A DNA stretch of 51,957 nt, filler included, from Circinaria calcarea (lineage: Eukaryota), in assembly GCA_051942165.1 (NCBI GenBank). It is 3 parts of 3 records of this genome, joined end to end, with 100 filler letters (N's around TTAATTAATTAA, not from the genome) between each part and the next. Parts side by side here need not be neighbours in the genome. Positions count along the whole stretch, not along the records: positions 34,719 to 51,957 come from JAVECS010000280.1; 2 more parts are not named here. One strand, written 5' to 3'. Shown piece by piece: positions 36,014-48,418 of this stretch. The notes under the pieces were generated by a model, which saw only the letters and a program-made list of their open reading frames with translations, was not told where the DNA came from and made no database searches. A program made the position numbers and the translations under genes. Within the stretch, counting starts at the first letter, position 1. The number at the start of each line of letters is the position of its first letter.

Positions 36014-37798
36014 CTAGGGCGTATCAGAAGCCACGGGCATGACCATCTCCTCCGCTTCTTCCGCCTCCTCCTCAAGCTCCTCGCGTTCAATCGACCGGCT
36101 CTTCCGCCAAACATATATGACCAGAGCCAGTCCAACCACCAGGGCCACGACAAGGAGTAGCACATTAACCGGCATCGGATCTCTGTCGAAAGCCTTGTGC
36201 GTCAGTGCATCTAGAGCTGATTGCGAGAAATTGAGTAGACCGGCCAAACAGATGATCAAGCCGTAGACTTTCCCAAAGGTGTGAAAACCAAACACTTTGG
36301 CCGCGTAATCAGAAACAGCGGTATAGTAGAGTGGCCGGTAGAGGACGAAGATGACAATGTTGGCGTATGCCGCCCACGTATATGGTAGGAGGCCAAGAAT
36401 TCCTATCGTGGTGGCCGTGACAACCAATAAGCTGAGTACGAAGATTGTACTGGTGTTGTCAAGGATTAGGCCGATAAAAGGAATAGAGAGAACGCCGCCA
36501 ACAGGTAAGGCCACATCAAAGACGTTGTTTACTTGCTGGGCGAGTTTGGAGTCCTTTAGCATGAATTCGTACTGTGGTCGTATGGTCGCGACGAAGTAGT
36601 TGATTCGTGTCATCTGGACCACGGTAAAGAGTGTGATGAGAATAAACCAGGGAGATTTGATCTGCTGCAGTGCTGTTTGTCCGTGCAAAACCCCCCATAC
36701 CCCGCTAGTCTCATTCTTCCTCTCTTCGTCTTTCTGCTTATTATCTTCCCCGTTCTTTCCCAGCAAAGATGTAACTTCGGTAACAACACCCTCACGATGT
36801 CTTCTGCGTCCCTCACGTAGTTGATCTACTTGTGCCTGGTCCTCGATATCTGCATCCGACGGTTGGATATCGTTAGAAGAGTCGTCCGCCCTAGCAAGGA
36901 GTTCGCCAAGGGATTTGTAGGAATTAGAGGGCATAATAGAAATCTGCACCATCAGTATAAATATAGGTACAACTAAATAGATCAAAAAAAGCTTTTGAGG
37001 GGTAAACGCTCCATTGGTGGTCGTATAAATGAGCCGATAAAAGAGGAAGATGGCACTTGATGAGTCGAAGGCGCCGGTAAGTAGTGCCAGGATAAGTCCC
37101 GAATGCCTCGGAAATGTATTAGATAGTTGGAAAGACGATATAAATACAAAGGGGCCGCCGAGTGCAAGGAAGACATAGCCAGGAATGTAGGCGTCGAACG
37201 GTAGCTGGGCTGAGAAGGCGAGAAGAAGCGAGCCGATGGCAAGGAATATACTGCCAACAATACCGCTGACTCGCGGACCATATTTGTCCAGCACTGTACC
37301 GACAGGAAGTGCGCATACGTTGGTGGCAACAGCGGCTGTTGTAAACATCAAGTTCAGCCTAAGTGCCCCATGAGCATTGATCTTCTAGACCTTCCTCGAG
37401 CGACGAACCGTATTTCCTGCTCGTAGCAAGTCTGATTACTGTCCACAGGATCGTCTTCCGTACATAAGTCGCGGTAGACACCTTCTTTTACCAGCACCTG
37501 TTTGAATGCCGCATACCCAAAAACGACGCCAGCCGCAAACAGGCAGTATATGACGGCGGTTACAACTTGTACTACCAGCCACAACGTTAGCAAAGTACCT
37601 CATGTCACTTAATACAGGGGCTTTACATAACCGTCTCCCTGAGGAAACTTTGATGGCTGCCAAAGGCTCTTGTTCCGCAGCAGGAGGAACCCAAGTGCCC
37701 ACTGGATTGAAACTCATTTTCTGATGCTCGGTCCGCGCTGGCGATGAGCCCCGACGATGCTCCCAGGACTCCATCGAGTTGACTCTGTGCAGAGACAT
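36014..37798 (-). CDS. FMP42: FMP42-like MFS transporter (SLC43-like)
   Basis: Exons 37798-37627, 37571-37409 and 37358-36014. Motifs CLFAAGVVFGYAA, LALLTGAFDSSS, QMTRINYFVATI and YTAVSDYAAKVFGFHTFGKVYG. Confidence 0.9.
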
Positions 37799-39331
37799 AC
37801 TGATTGTATAGAAAGAGACGCTTTGGAATGGCAGTACAAAGAGCTTCTTTAACCTAAAGACGGTGTGATCGCCTTAACCCCGCTCCTGGATGCACACGCC
37901 ACGTGAGGAGGTTTATGATGCCATTGAGTACAGAAAATGGTCCACTGTACAAATATATACAGATGTGCAACAGCAGTGACCACTCAGAAGGACGTAGTAT
38001 GGGGAAGGGGTGGTGAAGTGGGTGGCAACTACAGTACAGCCTTACCATAGAGGATTATTTCAAAGATAACGATAAGGGCATCAGTCACGTGGCTTTACGG
38101 ATAGTACTCCAGCCCTATCGCTGAAACCCTAATAAGGGGCTTTGCTACTCTGAAGAAACACTTCATATGGGACAAAAGTAGTCAGCGCGCAACGAATTGA
38201 TGTCGAGGTACATTTGGTACAGTATGATGCATGGAGCTATGCAGTCAATGTTCGTGACTTAATTTATTATACGGTGAATTCTCAAGTCGATGTCATGTCT
38301 CTTAAAATACCGTCTCCAGGGATAATCTAGATCCACAACGATGCTAACGAACGACCCCAGCCATAAATTTCTATAAAACAACGACAGTCTATATATGAAG
38401 TGCCGGATGTGGCTTTATGGACACTTCCGGAACATGACAGAGGACATAATGGCGCTACAGCAAACCGAACTTGCCATGTCATTTGTTCCGGCAACTCTTT
38501 TCTTCAGATATTACCCTAATCCGATCGATACGGATTGCTTTGCTTATAGAAGCTCTCATTGCTACTTTTTGATATAATGCTCTTTAGCACCAATTTCGAA
38601 TCTGATGGATGTTTGCGGCCTCATGCACGAGGTTTCCTTCGACCGTGTGTCAGATGACTCCGAGGGCACCTCTGATGTTAACTCAGAGGCGAAAGGAGTT
38701 GTTGCTAGCTCATCCAGAGCGAGTACAACACGGCGAGTTTACTCTGTCGCAGCTGTGCCGCATCACTCACAGGCTTCTCATAACTTAGTAGCGACTAACA
38801 ACCGTCACCAGCTCCTGAATCTGCTGGAACTCGATGGCACTTCAGACGCCGGTCCAAATGCAGGAAGGGAGTCTCGACCAGCTCCTGTACGTGGAGGAGA
38901 TAACAAGGAGCTTCGAGTGTCTACGTGTTTGCTGTGTCCCAGTTAGCACATGACCAGCTGCAGAATACCAGCCGTAGTATACCAGCCGCCCAGTATCATT
39001 GATTCCCACCCGCCGGGTTATGATAGGTTTCCGGAAATTTCCACCCAGTGCTTGGCGACATCATCGACTCTACCATCTGATAGTTTGCGCGGATTGAGCT
39101 CAATTACACTCACCTCCTTTCACAAAAACGTCCACCATCAAACAACACAGCGAAATCTCACACGGCAAGTCGACTTCACAAAAGACCCAGCAAGCTCACA
39201 CGTAGGCAGCAACACATGTTGACAACTGAACGGACCATACAGACAGTTGCACGATTCAGCAGTTTCCTCAAACTGTACCTCATACCAGCCCTTCACGATC
39301 AATAAGCCCATCGAACATTGCTCCTCGAACC

Positions 39332-40024
39332 ATGTCTGCCTCCAACAGTACCCTCTTCATCGCAGGCCAACCGAGCTCAAATGCGCAAAACTCGAACTTG
39401 AAAGCTAAAACCAGCAAAGACGACAAAAGCGCCCACACAGACATCTCCGCGCTCAACAACAAGTTGGATCACAACATTTTCCAGATAGCAAAGTGCATCG
39501 ATAGACTTAAAGCTATCGATCTCACATTGCAGGATGAGCACAGTTCGTTGAGCAGCGAGCAGATCGAAAAGCTACAGGAGGACAAAGAGAAGAAATTGCA
39601 GGCACGAGATGCCTTCGGGACACAGAGATCCAAACTACTCCGAGAGATCGAGAATTTGACAACTATACACGGGAAGAACTGGAAGAAGAGACATCAGCAA
39701 AAGATGAGAAAGCTTGCGGCCCTGAAGAGGTGTAGATGGAACGAAGGCATTGAAGACCAAGGGCAAGAGGAAGTTGACCAGCATATAGAGGGACGGATAA
39801 ACGACGCAAAGGAGGAAGAGCCAGAGGATGTCTACGAGACCGACGAAACTGATAGTTCTGTGGAGTTCATCATCTGCTCTCCGGCACGTTTTAAATACGT
39901 CCTACCTGCTGTCCCTGCCAAAGAGTCTGAAACGTCTACCAATGCAGCTGGTCCGGAAGTCCCAGCCAAAGAGTCTGAGGCACCTACCGGTGCAGCTGAT
40001 ACAGAAGTTGCAGACAACGAGTAA
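39332..40024 (+). CDS. Orphan charged/coiled-coil protein with a 48-nt C-terminal duplication; 5' end uncertain
   Basis: 230-aa ORF with protein-like composition (IEKLQEDKEKKLQARD, acidic tail). Duplicated unit at 39911-39958 and 39959-40006. No family recognised. Confidence 0.55.
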   Translation: MSASNSTLFIAGQPSSNAQNSNLKAKTSKDDKSAHTDISALNNKLDHNIFQIAKCIDRLKAIDLTLQDEHSSLSSEQIEKLQEDKEKKLQARDAFGTQRSKLLREIENLTTIHGKNWKKRHQQKMRKLAALKRCRWNEGIEDQGQEEVDQHIEGRINDAKEEEPEDVYETDETDSSVEFIICSPARFKYVLPAVPAKESETSTNAAGPEVPAKESEAPTGAADTEVADNE

Positions 40025-40121
40025 CGAAAGGTACAGCGCACTGCTAAGTTGAGGCAGAAAAAAAATAACATAGAGGCAGTTTTGTGAGTATGAGACATGA
40101 AACAAGGGCATACATTGAATG

Positions 40122-42022
40122 CTAATCAATTTCTAGCAGCTTATACTTGCCTCCATGCTTCTCAAGCGCATCTTCGACTCTTTCCATGATAGCAAGGACC
40201 TTTTCTTCCTGAAGTCGCTGTCCCACAACTTGAACCGCAACAGGAAGACCATGCATCTTATCCACATCATAGTGCTTGTACGCACCTTGGGCCACACCAT
40301 TCAGCTGCTTAAAGCGAAAGTCTGCAGAAAGGCGATCCAGGGTTTTATCAACGTGTGTCACAGGAATGATACCGCACGAATAGTCGAGCTGGTGTTGGAT
40401 AAGTGACGATTATTAAGGCATGCGAGACTACTTACAAGATTAAAAAGAAACGTGTATCCGCAATTGCTCACCGCATCCTTCATAGCATCATGTGGTACTG
40501 CGGGTGTAGCATTCGGAGGAGTGATCATAAAGTCCATCTCGGCTTCTTTCTCCCACCATTCATGCCATTGTGCTTTATATGCTTCTCGTTTTGCAACCCA
40601 TCTCCACTGCTCAACGGCGCTTTTCTCATGCCAGTGTCTAAGTAGGCCTGCCCATATTTCGTCTCTACGAACGTACTTGACCCAAAGATAGTAAAGGTAT
40701 TTCAAAGGTCGAGGAGTGTTCATGTAGAAGACCATCTGTGCTGCACCCGGATCATCCCATTCACCACTTCGGAAGAACGAACGGAATGTTTTACAGCCGT
40801 CTGCATTGAGCAGCTGAGACCCTATCAAGAGAGCTTCGTATGGAGACGGCGGATTGACATCAGTCACTTCGTGTCCTTCTTTGCGTAGTGCAGAGGCTAC
40901 CTGCTCCAAAGCACGAGCACAAGCTGGGCTGGGGTCGACAACGCCTTCTCCGCATTAGCAGTTCTCAATCGATCTGCAAATGCTCCTTACCGTCGGTCCG
41001 CAGTACACCTACTTTCAAACCCTTTTTCTCCTTAGCCTGAGTCGCTTGATCTTCCCTCCACTCGATTGGATGTACAGTGTGATCATATTTCCATGGCTTC
41101 ATAGAGATCATGCTTTTCGAAAAGTATACCAGGTCACCCAGTGTTCTAGTCATCGGACTGAAGACACTCGGGATACCTTCTTGACCTGGCATGCTCGTGT
41201 TCGTTCCCACTTTAGGCCACCGTCCAGTGGAACAACGCAAAGAGTATATCCCACTAAAATGGGCGGGTACCCTCACTGACCCGGCGACATCTGATCCTAT
41301 GCCGATTCTTCCACCACCATAGGCGAGCAATGCGCCTTCTCCGCCAGTCGATCCTCCAGGCGAGTATTTTGAATTGTGAGGATTCGTGCATCGGCCCCAC
41401 ACATCATTAGTTGACTCGAAAGAAAGTAGGGTCACTGGAAGGTTCGTCTTGACATATGGGATAGCGCCTACAGATCGAATCTCAGCAAACAGGGTTGCCG
41501 GTCACATGAAGGCCGAGCTGACCAGCGTCTTTCAAAAGCCTCACCATGCTCCCGTCTCGAGCGTACGGCTTCCCGGTATTGCAAGAGTACCCAACACTGA
41601 CATCAAAGTCGCCGACCGCAATCGAGTCCTTGAGCGATACCGGTATACCCGCAAGAGGGCCTTTTGTATTGATATCAAAAGCAGCCCATTCTTCTGCCTC
41701 AGGAAGCATGATCTCCGTAAGGCAGTTGGTCTTCTTATGAGCCCTGATGGCCACCTTGCCGTACGTCCGCAAAATATCGATAGGGCTCAGAACACCTTTG
41801 TGAACATATTGAACCAATTCCTCGATTGGCTTGGCAAGAATATCTCTGTCTCGGATTGAGACTGGACTGAGGTATTCAGGCGGTAGGTTCGCTATCCTTC
41901 TCGAGCGCTCTACCTGCTTGCGCTGGCTAATCAGTAGCAATCAGCTCCATATCAACTATCTATGGGCGGTGACATAGCTACCAAGCAGTTCGATGCTCAA
42001 AATAATCGAACGGCGGGAGCAT
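40122..42022 (-). CDS. Amidase signature family enzyme (acetamidase/FAAH-like)
   Basis: Exons 42022-41982, 41926-41523, 41467-40991, 40944-40436 and 40388-40122. The Lys-cisSer-Ser triad motifs PVSLKD, PGGSTGGEG and GSDVAGSVRVPA are present. Confidence 0.93.
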
Positions 42023-42107
42023 CTTGGGCGTCCAGCAGGCAGTTTGGCTTACCAGTAATCGTTAGATTGGAGGAAACCCCGTATCCATATTCTAGGAGCT
42101 GAAGGTC

Positions 42108-42328
42108 TTATCTCAAGAGTAAGTTTATCCCTTGCTATCTATCATACCCGGAGGAAGTAATTTGGCCCGTGCGCGGTTTTTCTGATAGGGCGGCGCCAGA
42201 ATTTGGTGATAGGGCGGCGCCAGAATTTGGTGATCTCGGAGAAGCATGAATGAGAAAGCACAGATTAATCCAATCTGCCCCGATTTCAGAGTAATACGCC
42301 AACTTCTCCCCCCACTACCTACTGATAA
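42108..42328. promoter_or_regulatory. Dense HGATAR (GATA-factor) cluster upstream of the amidase, including a 24-nt tandem duplication
   Basis: HGATAR at 42108, 42135, 42139, 42183, 42207 and 42323. Exact repeat TGATAGGGCGGCGCCAGAATTTGG at 42183-42206 and 42207-42230. Confidence 0.55.
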
Positions 42329-43253
42329 AAGGCTTCTGAAATTAGGGCACCGTACGAAGTTAGACATTGCCCTCACGGAGTATTCAGGGGATGCACGGGC
42401 CGACGCTCGAGCCGGGGATTTGGGGTCATGCTACTTTAGGATTAGCCATTTTGGTCTTGCAGCTGTGACATTCTTTGTCGGTTACGGAGTATTATTATTT
42501 TATCATCATACAAATTCATTCGACAAAGGAGGAGTTTCTAAGGCTGGCAACAAAGGCTCAGTTATCACATCTGCCATTGCCTGACATTCAGGTCTTTGTG
42601 GAATTTGATGAGCTCTTTCGCCAGTCAATATCGTCGGTCACGGTCCAACAGCTGGTCCCCATAGCGAGTATTGACTTTTTACGGAGTACCCAGGCAACCA
42701 TTGTATGGTACAGGCATCTTGCGACTCTATTCCTGCTCTGCTCGCGTCCAACTTGGTTTCTCGTACTATGATTGTATTCCTGTCCGGGTCATTCTATGGA
42801 CTTGGTACGCGCCGCAATTTCATAAGCGCCCATTCGAGACGACCTAAAGAGCCTCACTGTCAGCCCTATCCTCTATTGGCTGAGGTACCATGTCCTTTGG
42901 ACATCTAGATAGGATGAAACTACAATCTAAACCTGACTATACAGGTATTTTGGGACATGTCTTACCTTGTTACGCCAGGAGATATCAAGGCATCGAGCTA
43001 GGTACTTAAGGGAGCTGGAGGTACACTTTCATTATCCTCCTCATCAGTACGCTTCAACCATCATCTCTGTGCTTTTTACGCCTTTTCCTATTTGCTTGCA
43101 TCGGGTCTCATTTCATTACGACATCCGCTATTTCCTCTCCCTTCTCTTTGGGCTATTCTGTCACTTGTGGTCGCTCTATAGCAGCTTTTTCCGTGACCCA
43201 GATCTCTACTGTCGTCAATCATTCCCATCAGACCTCCCGCGAACTCGTCCATT

Positions 43254-43934
43254 ATGGCTGGTCCTGATTATGGCGCTCTCGGTGCAACTTTCAGATATGT
43301 CAGAATCCTGCAAGCCATTTGTCTGATTGCCATTATCGGGATGACGGCAAACTTCATCTCGGACATCGTGACGAGTAACCAAACACCACCAAACCTTCTC
43401 ATCGGTACACTCAGCGTGGTACGCGTTTTTCCGTCCTTGGCATGATCTCTAACTCTGACAATCCCATCTAGACCTGCATAGCTGTCCTTTACTGCGTTAT
43501 CACCTACATTCTATATCTAGATGACATTTTGCCGTTCCTCATCAACACTGGGATGGATAGCATGCTTTTGATCGCCGTGGTAGTCGTTGCCGTCACCGTT
43601 GGCAAGCCTCTCTCCTATCTGAATTGCCCAATCATTGGCTCCACCGTTTCTTTGGACTCCACCTACGATTTCGCCGCTTCACTAGGAAGCAGCCTCAACA
43701 AAGATGGTGTTCAGATCAAATACAGCAACCAATGGATTGGCGCTACAAAGGCTACTTGTCTCGAGATGAAGTCTATATGGGGTTTGAGCATTGCTTTGTG
43801 GTACGTAATTCTCATATTGAGTATAACAATCGAAATTGACGGTCATTAGCATCCTCTTCGCCTTCTCGTCTATATGCAGCATCTGTTTATGGCGCCGGAA
43901 ATCCGCCGTGAAGCCGAAGGATGTAGAGGGATAG
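43254..43934 (+). CDS. Small four-TM MARVEL-like membrane protein
   Basis: Exons 43254-43418, 43472-43800 and 43850-43934. RILQAICLIAIIGMTANFI, VGKPLSYLNC and TCLEMKSIWGLSIALC; four hydrophobic segments. Confidence 0.85.
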
Positions 43935-44602
43935 AGCATAAATGTGGAGAAGGCACCGGTGGTTCATGTATGCGGCATAAGAAGCGAAGATTCAGTTGCT
44001 AATATTCATACTGTTTGGCTCATGGCGATTTGGAGTCTTGAAGTCATCTTTCATTTCCATACGATAGACAGCACATATCCCAAGATTAGACATAGACCTA
44101 ATGATACTCTATCACCATGCAATACACGTGTCGACGGAACAGATTCTATCTGCCTTATGTGCATGTAGTTCTGAGTCTTTTTGAGTACGTTGCTCCCCGA
44201 TACCTCCCAATATCCAGTGAATAGATGGTTTCCATCACTTTTTCAATGTATTGCTGTACCTGAAGAAAAGACTATCCATATCTAACGACATTGAGGCAGT
44301 CATCCAGATGGTCGAAGTCATCATAAGTAAAATTCAAGGCCCGATAGCTGCAGTGTGATACATATCGCAGTTCTATGTAGGGATTTCTCCTCGAGGCTTT
44401 TCCCAATACCCTTAGTCGAGGCTCTCACATGCATCTACCGTACTACGACAGTGCAAATGTCAAACAATATAATAATTGTGCCTCGATCCAATATCATAAT
44501 TAGCATATCGCATGATTTGTTTATTCTGTAACTGAGAGCTTGGTTAATGTGCTGTACCTATATGAGGCTAAGTGCCACATCGGAGGACCGAAGTACCGCG
44601 CA

Positions 44603-47483
44603 ATGGAGATTGATCCAAGGCTTCAAAACATTCACCAGAGAGCAGATACATATGCTGCAGCTGCCGTACAGCAATCTCCCTACACCCTTAATCCGATACG
44701 ACTACCCCAACCGCAAGGCACTAGCCTGCCCTCCTTAGGACAAGACGCCGGCCATCCATATTACAATATCCCGCAAGATCGTAGGCCCCATGCCCAGACG
44801 GTCCAACCGCAATCATCTGAAGAGCGAGGAGGTCCAGATTCAGATCCCACAAAGTCGATCGGACAAGGTGACGAGAGGAATGGCGATACCAAGCGCCCTC
44901 GAGCTTGCGAGGCCTGTCGTGGTCTCAAGGTTCGATGTGAACCTGATCCCACCAAAGATACTTGCAGGAGGTGTGCAAAAGCGGGCCGACAGTGTGTGAT
45001 CACTGCGCCCAGCCGTAAAAGACAGAAGAAGACGGACACTAGAGTCGCAGAGCTTGAGAAGAAGATCGATGCCTTAACGGCTAGTCTACATGCTACGAAA
45101 AATGAGGTTCCAAGTGAAGACGACAGCTATGAAGAGGATGAAGCGCGAGACGTTCCGACATCATATAGAGGGGGACAGCCGTTTCAAGGTGATATTAGTT
45201 CACGAAAACGGAGAAGGTCGGAATATCAAGAAAATCAGGTTGACGCAACGGGAATGGATACATCCGCAGACAATAGCACAAGTAATACTATCATGAGAAG
45301 GACAGGATCTTCCCAACCCCATCCAGTGCACATGGCAGCCAGGAGCTCCGGACTGTCATCGATCCCTCCCATCGATCCTTCGTTACCTGGTCATGAATTC
45401 GCGGATGTTGTTGATCGCAAGATCTTGGATGCCGCGACGGTGGCAAGTATCTTTTATCATTACACTACCAACATGGCAAAGCACATGCCCGCTGTTGTTT
45501 TTCGGCCAGATGTCAATGCTGGTGAAATCCGTCGGACGAAGCCTATCCTCTTCCTGGCCATCTTGAGCGTTGCATCAGGTCGCGACTATCCGGATATTCA
45601 GCAGATATTACTGCGCGAAGTAGTACGTACATACGCAGACAGTATCATCTGTAAAGGCGAAAAGTCATTAGAACTCATCCAGGCCCTACAAATCTCCTCT
45701 ATCTGGTATTTACCAGAAGATCACAGCGACGCAAAGCCTTATCAGCTTATTCATATGGCTGCAGTCATGGCAATGGCAATAGGGCTAGGAAGGAAAAAGC
45801 GAGTCGGCAAGACGTCTTTTGCAGCATTGTGGAAAGAAGGTCACCAACATAGAAGCCAAGTCCTTGATTCAACGTCCATAGAAAGCAGACGGGCTTGGGT
45901 AAGCTGCTATGCAATAAGCGCCAAGTAAGTTCTTCGATCAAATCCACTTCGCGAGGAGACAGGTAAACTAAGCATATACTGATTCCACCTGGAAGCTTTG
46001 CCATGGCAACACATCACCCAATACTATATCGCTGGAACTCTTACATTGATGATTGTGTCAATATGCTCGAGAATTCCCCTGATGCAGCCCCGTCTGATAA
46101 GGTCCTCTGTCAGTGGGTCAAAAGACAGCACCTGCTAGAGGAATTCATGGAGAAACTCCACACGGACGAGCTAGCAGATGCTGCTTCCTCGTCGGATCCA
46201 ATCATCTACAGTGTTCTAAAAACGCTTGAGGAAAGGCTGAACAGTTGGCGAGAGAATATTCCTGAGGAAACAATGTCCTGTACGTTTGACATATTACTAT
46301 TATCCCCGTTCTTTTAAAAATCCTACGTCCGCCCTTTGCTAACGCTTCAATAGCATCCTTGATGCTCGGCTACCATGTGACCAATCTCTATGTTCATCAG
46401 ATGGGCATACGGCTTGAGCATAGTACAGAGAGTCTGGATGTTCCACAAAACCCGAACGATCATTCTGGCTTAATCACAGAGCACGCCTCCACACCCAGCG
46501 AACCTCAGATTGGCGCCTTGAAGACTTGCTTGACCTCAATCCATAAAGTGTTTGATACTTTCCTCTCCTTTACTATAGACGACATCCGCACGATTCCCGT
46601 GTTTCACTTCATCCGGATGGCTTTTGCCACTGTGACCTTATTGCGAATATATGATTGCGCTGTCATGCCTAACTCAGAACTTGGTAGGGTATTACCAGTT
46701 GCAGATTTGAAGGTTGAGACGTATTTGGATCGGCTTCTGGGACTTCTACAAGCTGCTGCGGTAGAACGGAAATCTCGCCTTGCACGCTACTTTCAACTGG
46801 TGCTCATGATGTTAACGAGCTGGTTTAAGTTTCGGAAAACGGGGCATAAGCACAATCAAACTGAGCTCGTTGACCAAGAATTGAAGCCTCATGCTCAACC
46901 AGTGGATACTGAACGGAGTACTCCGACACTTGGATATAGGAAGATTTCTATGCAAACCAACAAGAACTTAGAAGATGTTACTTGCGCATTACCCAATTTC
47001 GAGGAGGGACATCTAAAGCAGGAAAGTCAAGGATTTCAAAACCATTCATCACACCCAACCCCACCGGTACCAAACATGGGAAACACCCCACTTGACCTCC
47101 TCAGCCAAGTTGCTACTAGTGATCAATCAACAGCGGTTCATCATCAACAGCTCGCCATCAACGCTCCCCAGGACGCCTGGTATCCTTCTTATCCGGACCA
47201 ACTTGCGACTCACAATGACGCCTCACAAATGCCCTACGGCGATAATCATCAGTCCTATTATCCTATTCCTGGCCCGTATACCGATCCTTCCGGCGCTTAC
47301 AATGCGCCATTTCAAGGCATGGACTCGAATCAGAGTCTTGAGCAAGCTATTGGCATGGCGTTTGGTGGAGAGGGTGACTTTGGTGGCATGATGATGGATG
47401 ACACTCTCTTGGGATTTGCACCAGGGGCCCAGGTAGGTTTCAACCAGGGATACGGCGGAGTCTGGGATGGAGGTGGTCAGTAA
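44603..47483 (+). CDS. Zn(II)2Cys6 transcription factor with fungal middle-homology region
   Basis: CEACRGLKVRCEPDPTKDTCRRCAKAGRQC followed by RVAELEKKIDALT; KSLELIQAL and ESRRAWVSCY. Introns 45925-45995 and 46280-46353. Confidence 0.93.
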
Positions 47484-47685
47484 TAGTTTCCCTGCTTAGA
47501 ATAAGGAGCACTATCGACCCTAGCCGTCTTATTGTTTAAGAGGGCTTCGGTATTTATGGAGACAAGATTCCTCCCACCCTGGGTTGCCGCGGCTTCTAAT
47601 TGAGTGGTCATGATCGAAACATTTCCTTTATTGATTTATTGCGAAGGATATATTCTCAGCTATCCCTGACAGCAATAAAAGTCCC

Positions 47686-47988
47686 TCATCCAGAACTGAC
47701 TGGCGGTATGATAGCCACTTCATCTCCGGCCTGGATAATCACAGTAGACGTTGGAGGTGCGGAATCTCCATCTGCATCTTCTTCGATATCAATGTAGTCG
47801 AGATTGACCGTCACGGCGGAACTACTCAAAATACTGTGTATAATACCGGGGTACCTTGCCTCGAGGGTTTCGAAGAGTTGTGCAGCTTTCAAAGGGGCCG
47901 GGAGATGTTCGGATGATTTCTTGGTGAAGGATGCGGCGGAGGCAAAGTAGAGGATGGTAAAATGATCCGGGGGGGCCTTGGTAGGCAT
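47686..47988 (-). CDS. cnxG: Molybdopterin synthase sulfur-carrier subunit (MoaD/MOCS2A)
   Basis: ILYFASA...GDEVAIIPPVSSG, the ubiquitin-like sulfur-carrier pattern. Confidence 0.92.
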   Translation of the reverse strand: MPTKAPPDHFTILYFASAASFTKKSSEHLPAPLKAAQLFETLEARYPGIIHSILSSSAVTVNLDYIDIEEDADGDSAPPTSTVIIQAGDEVAIIPPVSSG

Positions 47989-48418
47989 ACTGGAGGGCGG
48001 GAGCGTGTGCTAACCATTGCAGACGTTAGTGATTGTGCGTATGGAGACCAGTGTCTATGGATGGTTTTTGGCAGCTTAGGGAAGCTATCAGAGTTATATG
48101 GGTTTGTCCTCGGAGAGACGGCCGGGTTAGAGGCGGTCTCTCAGATAATACATGCTATTTGTTTTGTAGTTCATCATGAAGGTGATTTTTAGTGTGGAAG
48201 GCCCGAACTTACGTTGGTAATGGGAATGCAATGATTTTTGTTTACGAAGGCACGTAGTGGAGTATTGATGTAGTAATAAGGTAGATTAGAGTTTTATCTG
48301 ATCTAGAAAAAAAAAGCTTGGGCCACTATGGTATGGTACTATATGGAATACAATTTAGACCGGGCATTCGAGGGACTTGTTGCTGGATTATTGTTACAGA
48401 TACTCAGCGTCTGATCTT

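Noticed and set aside
42183..42234. 24-nt direct repeat as a possible CRISPR array
   Set aside because: Two adjacent copies, no spacers, eukaryotic context.
47686..47700. Sulfur carrier ending Ser-Gly instead of Gly-Gly
   Set aside because: PPVSSG is, as I recall, the normal ending of filamentous-fungal CnxG proteins.
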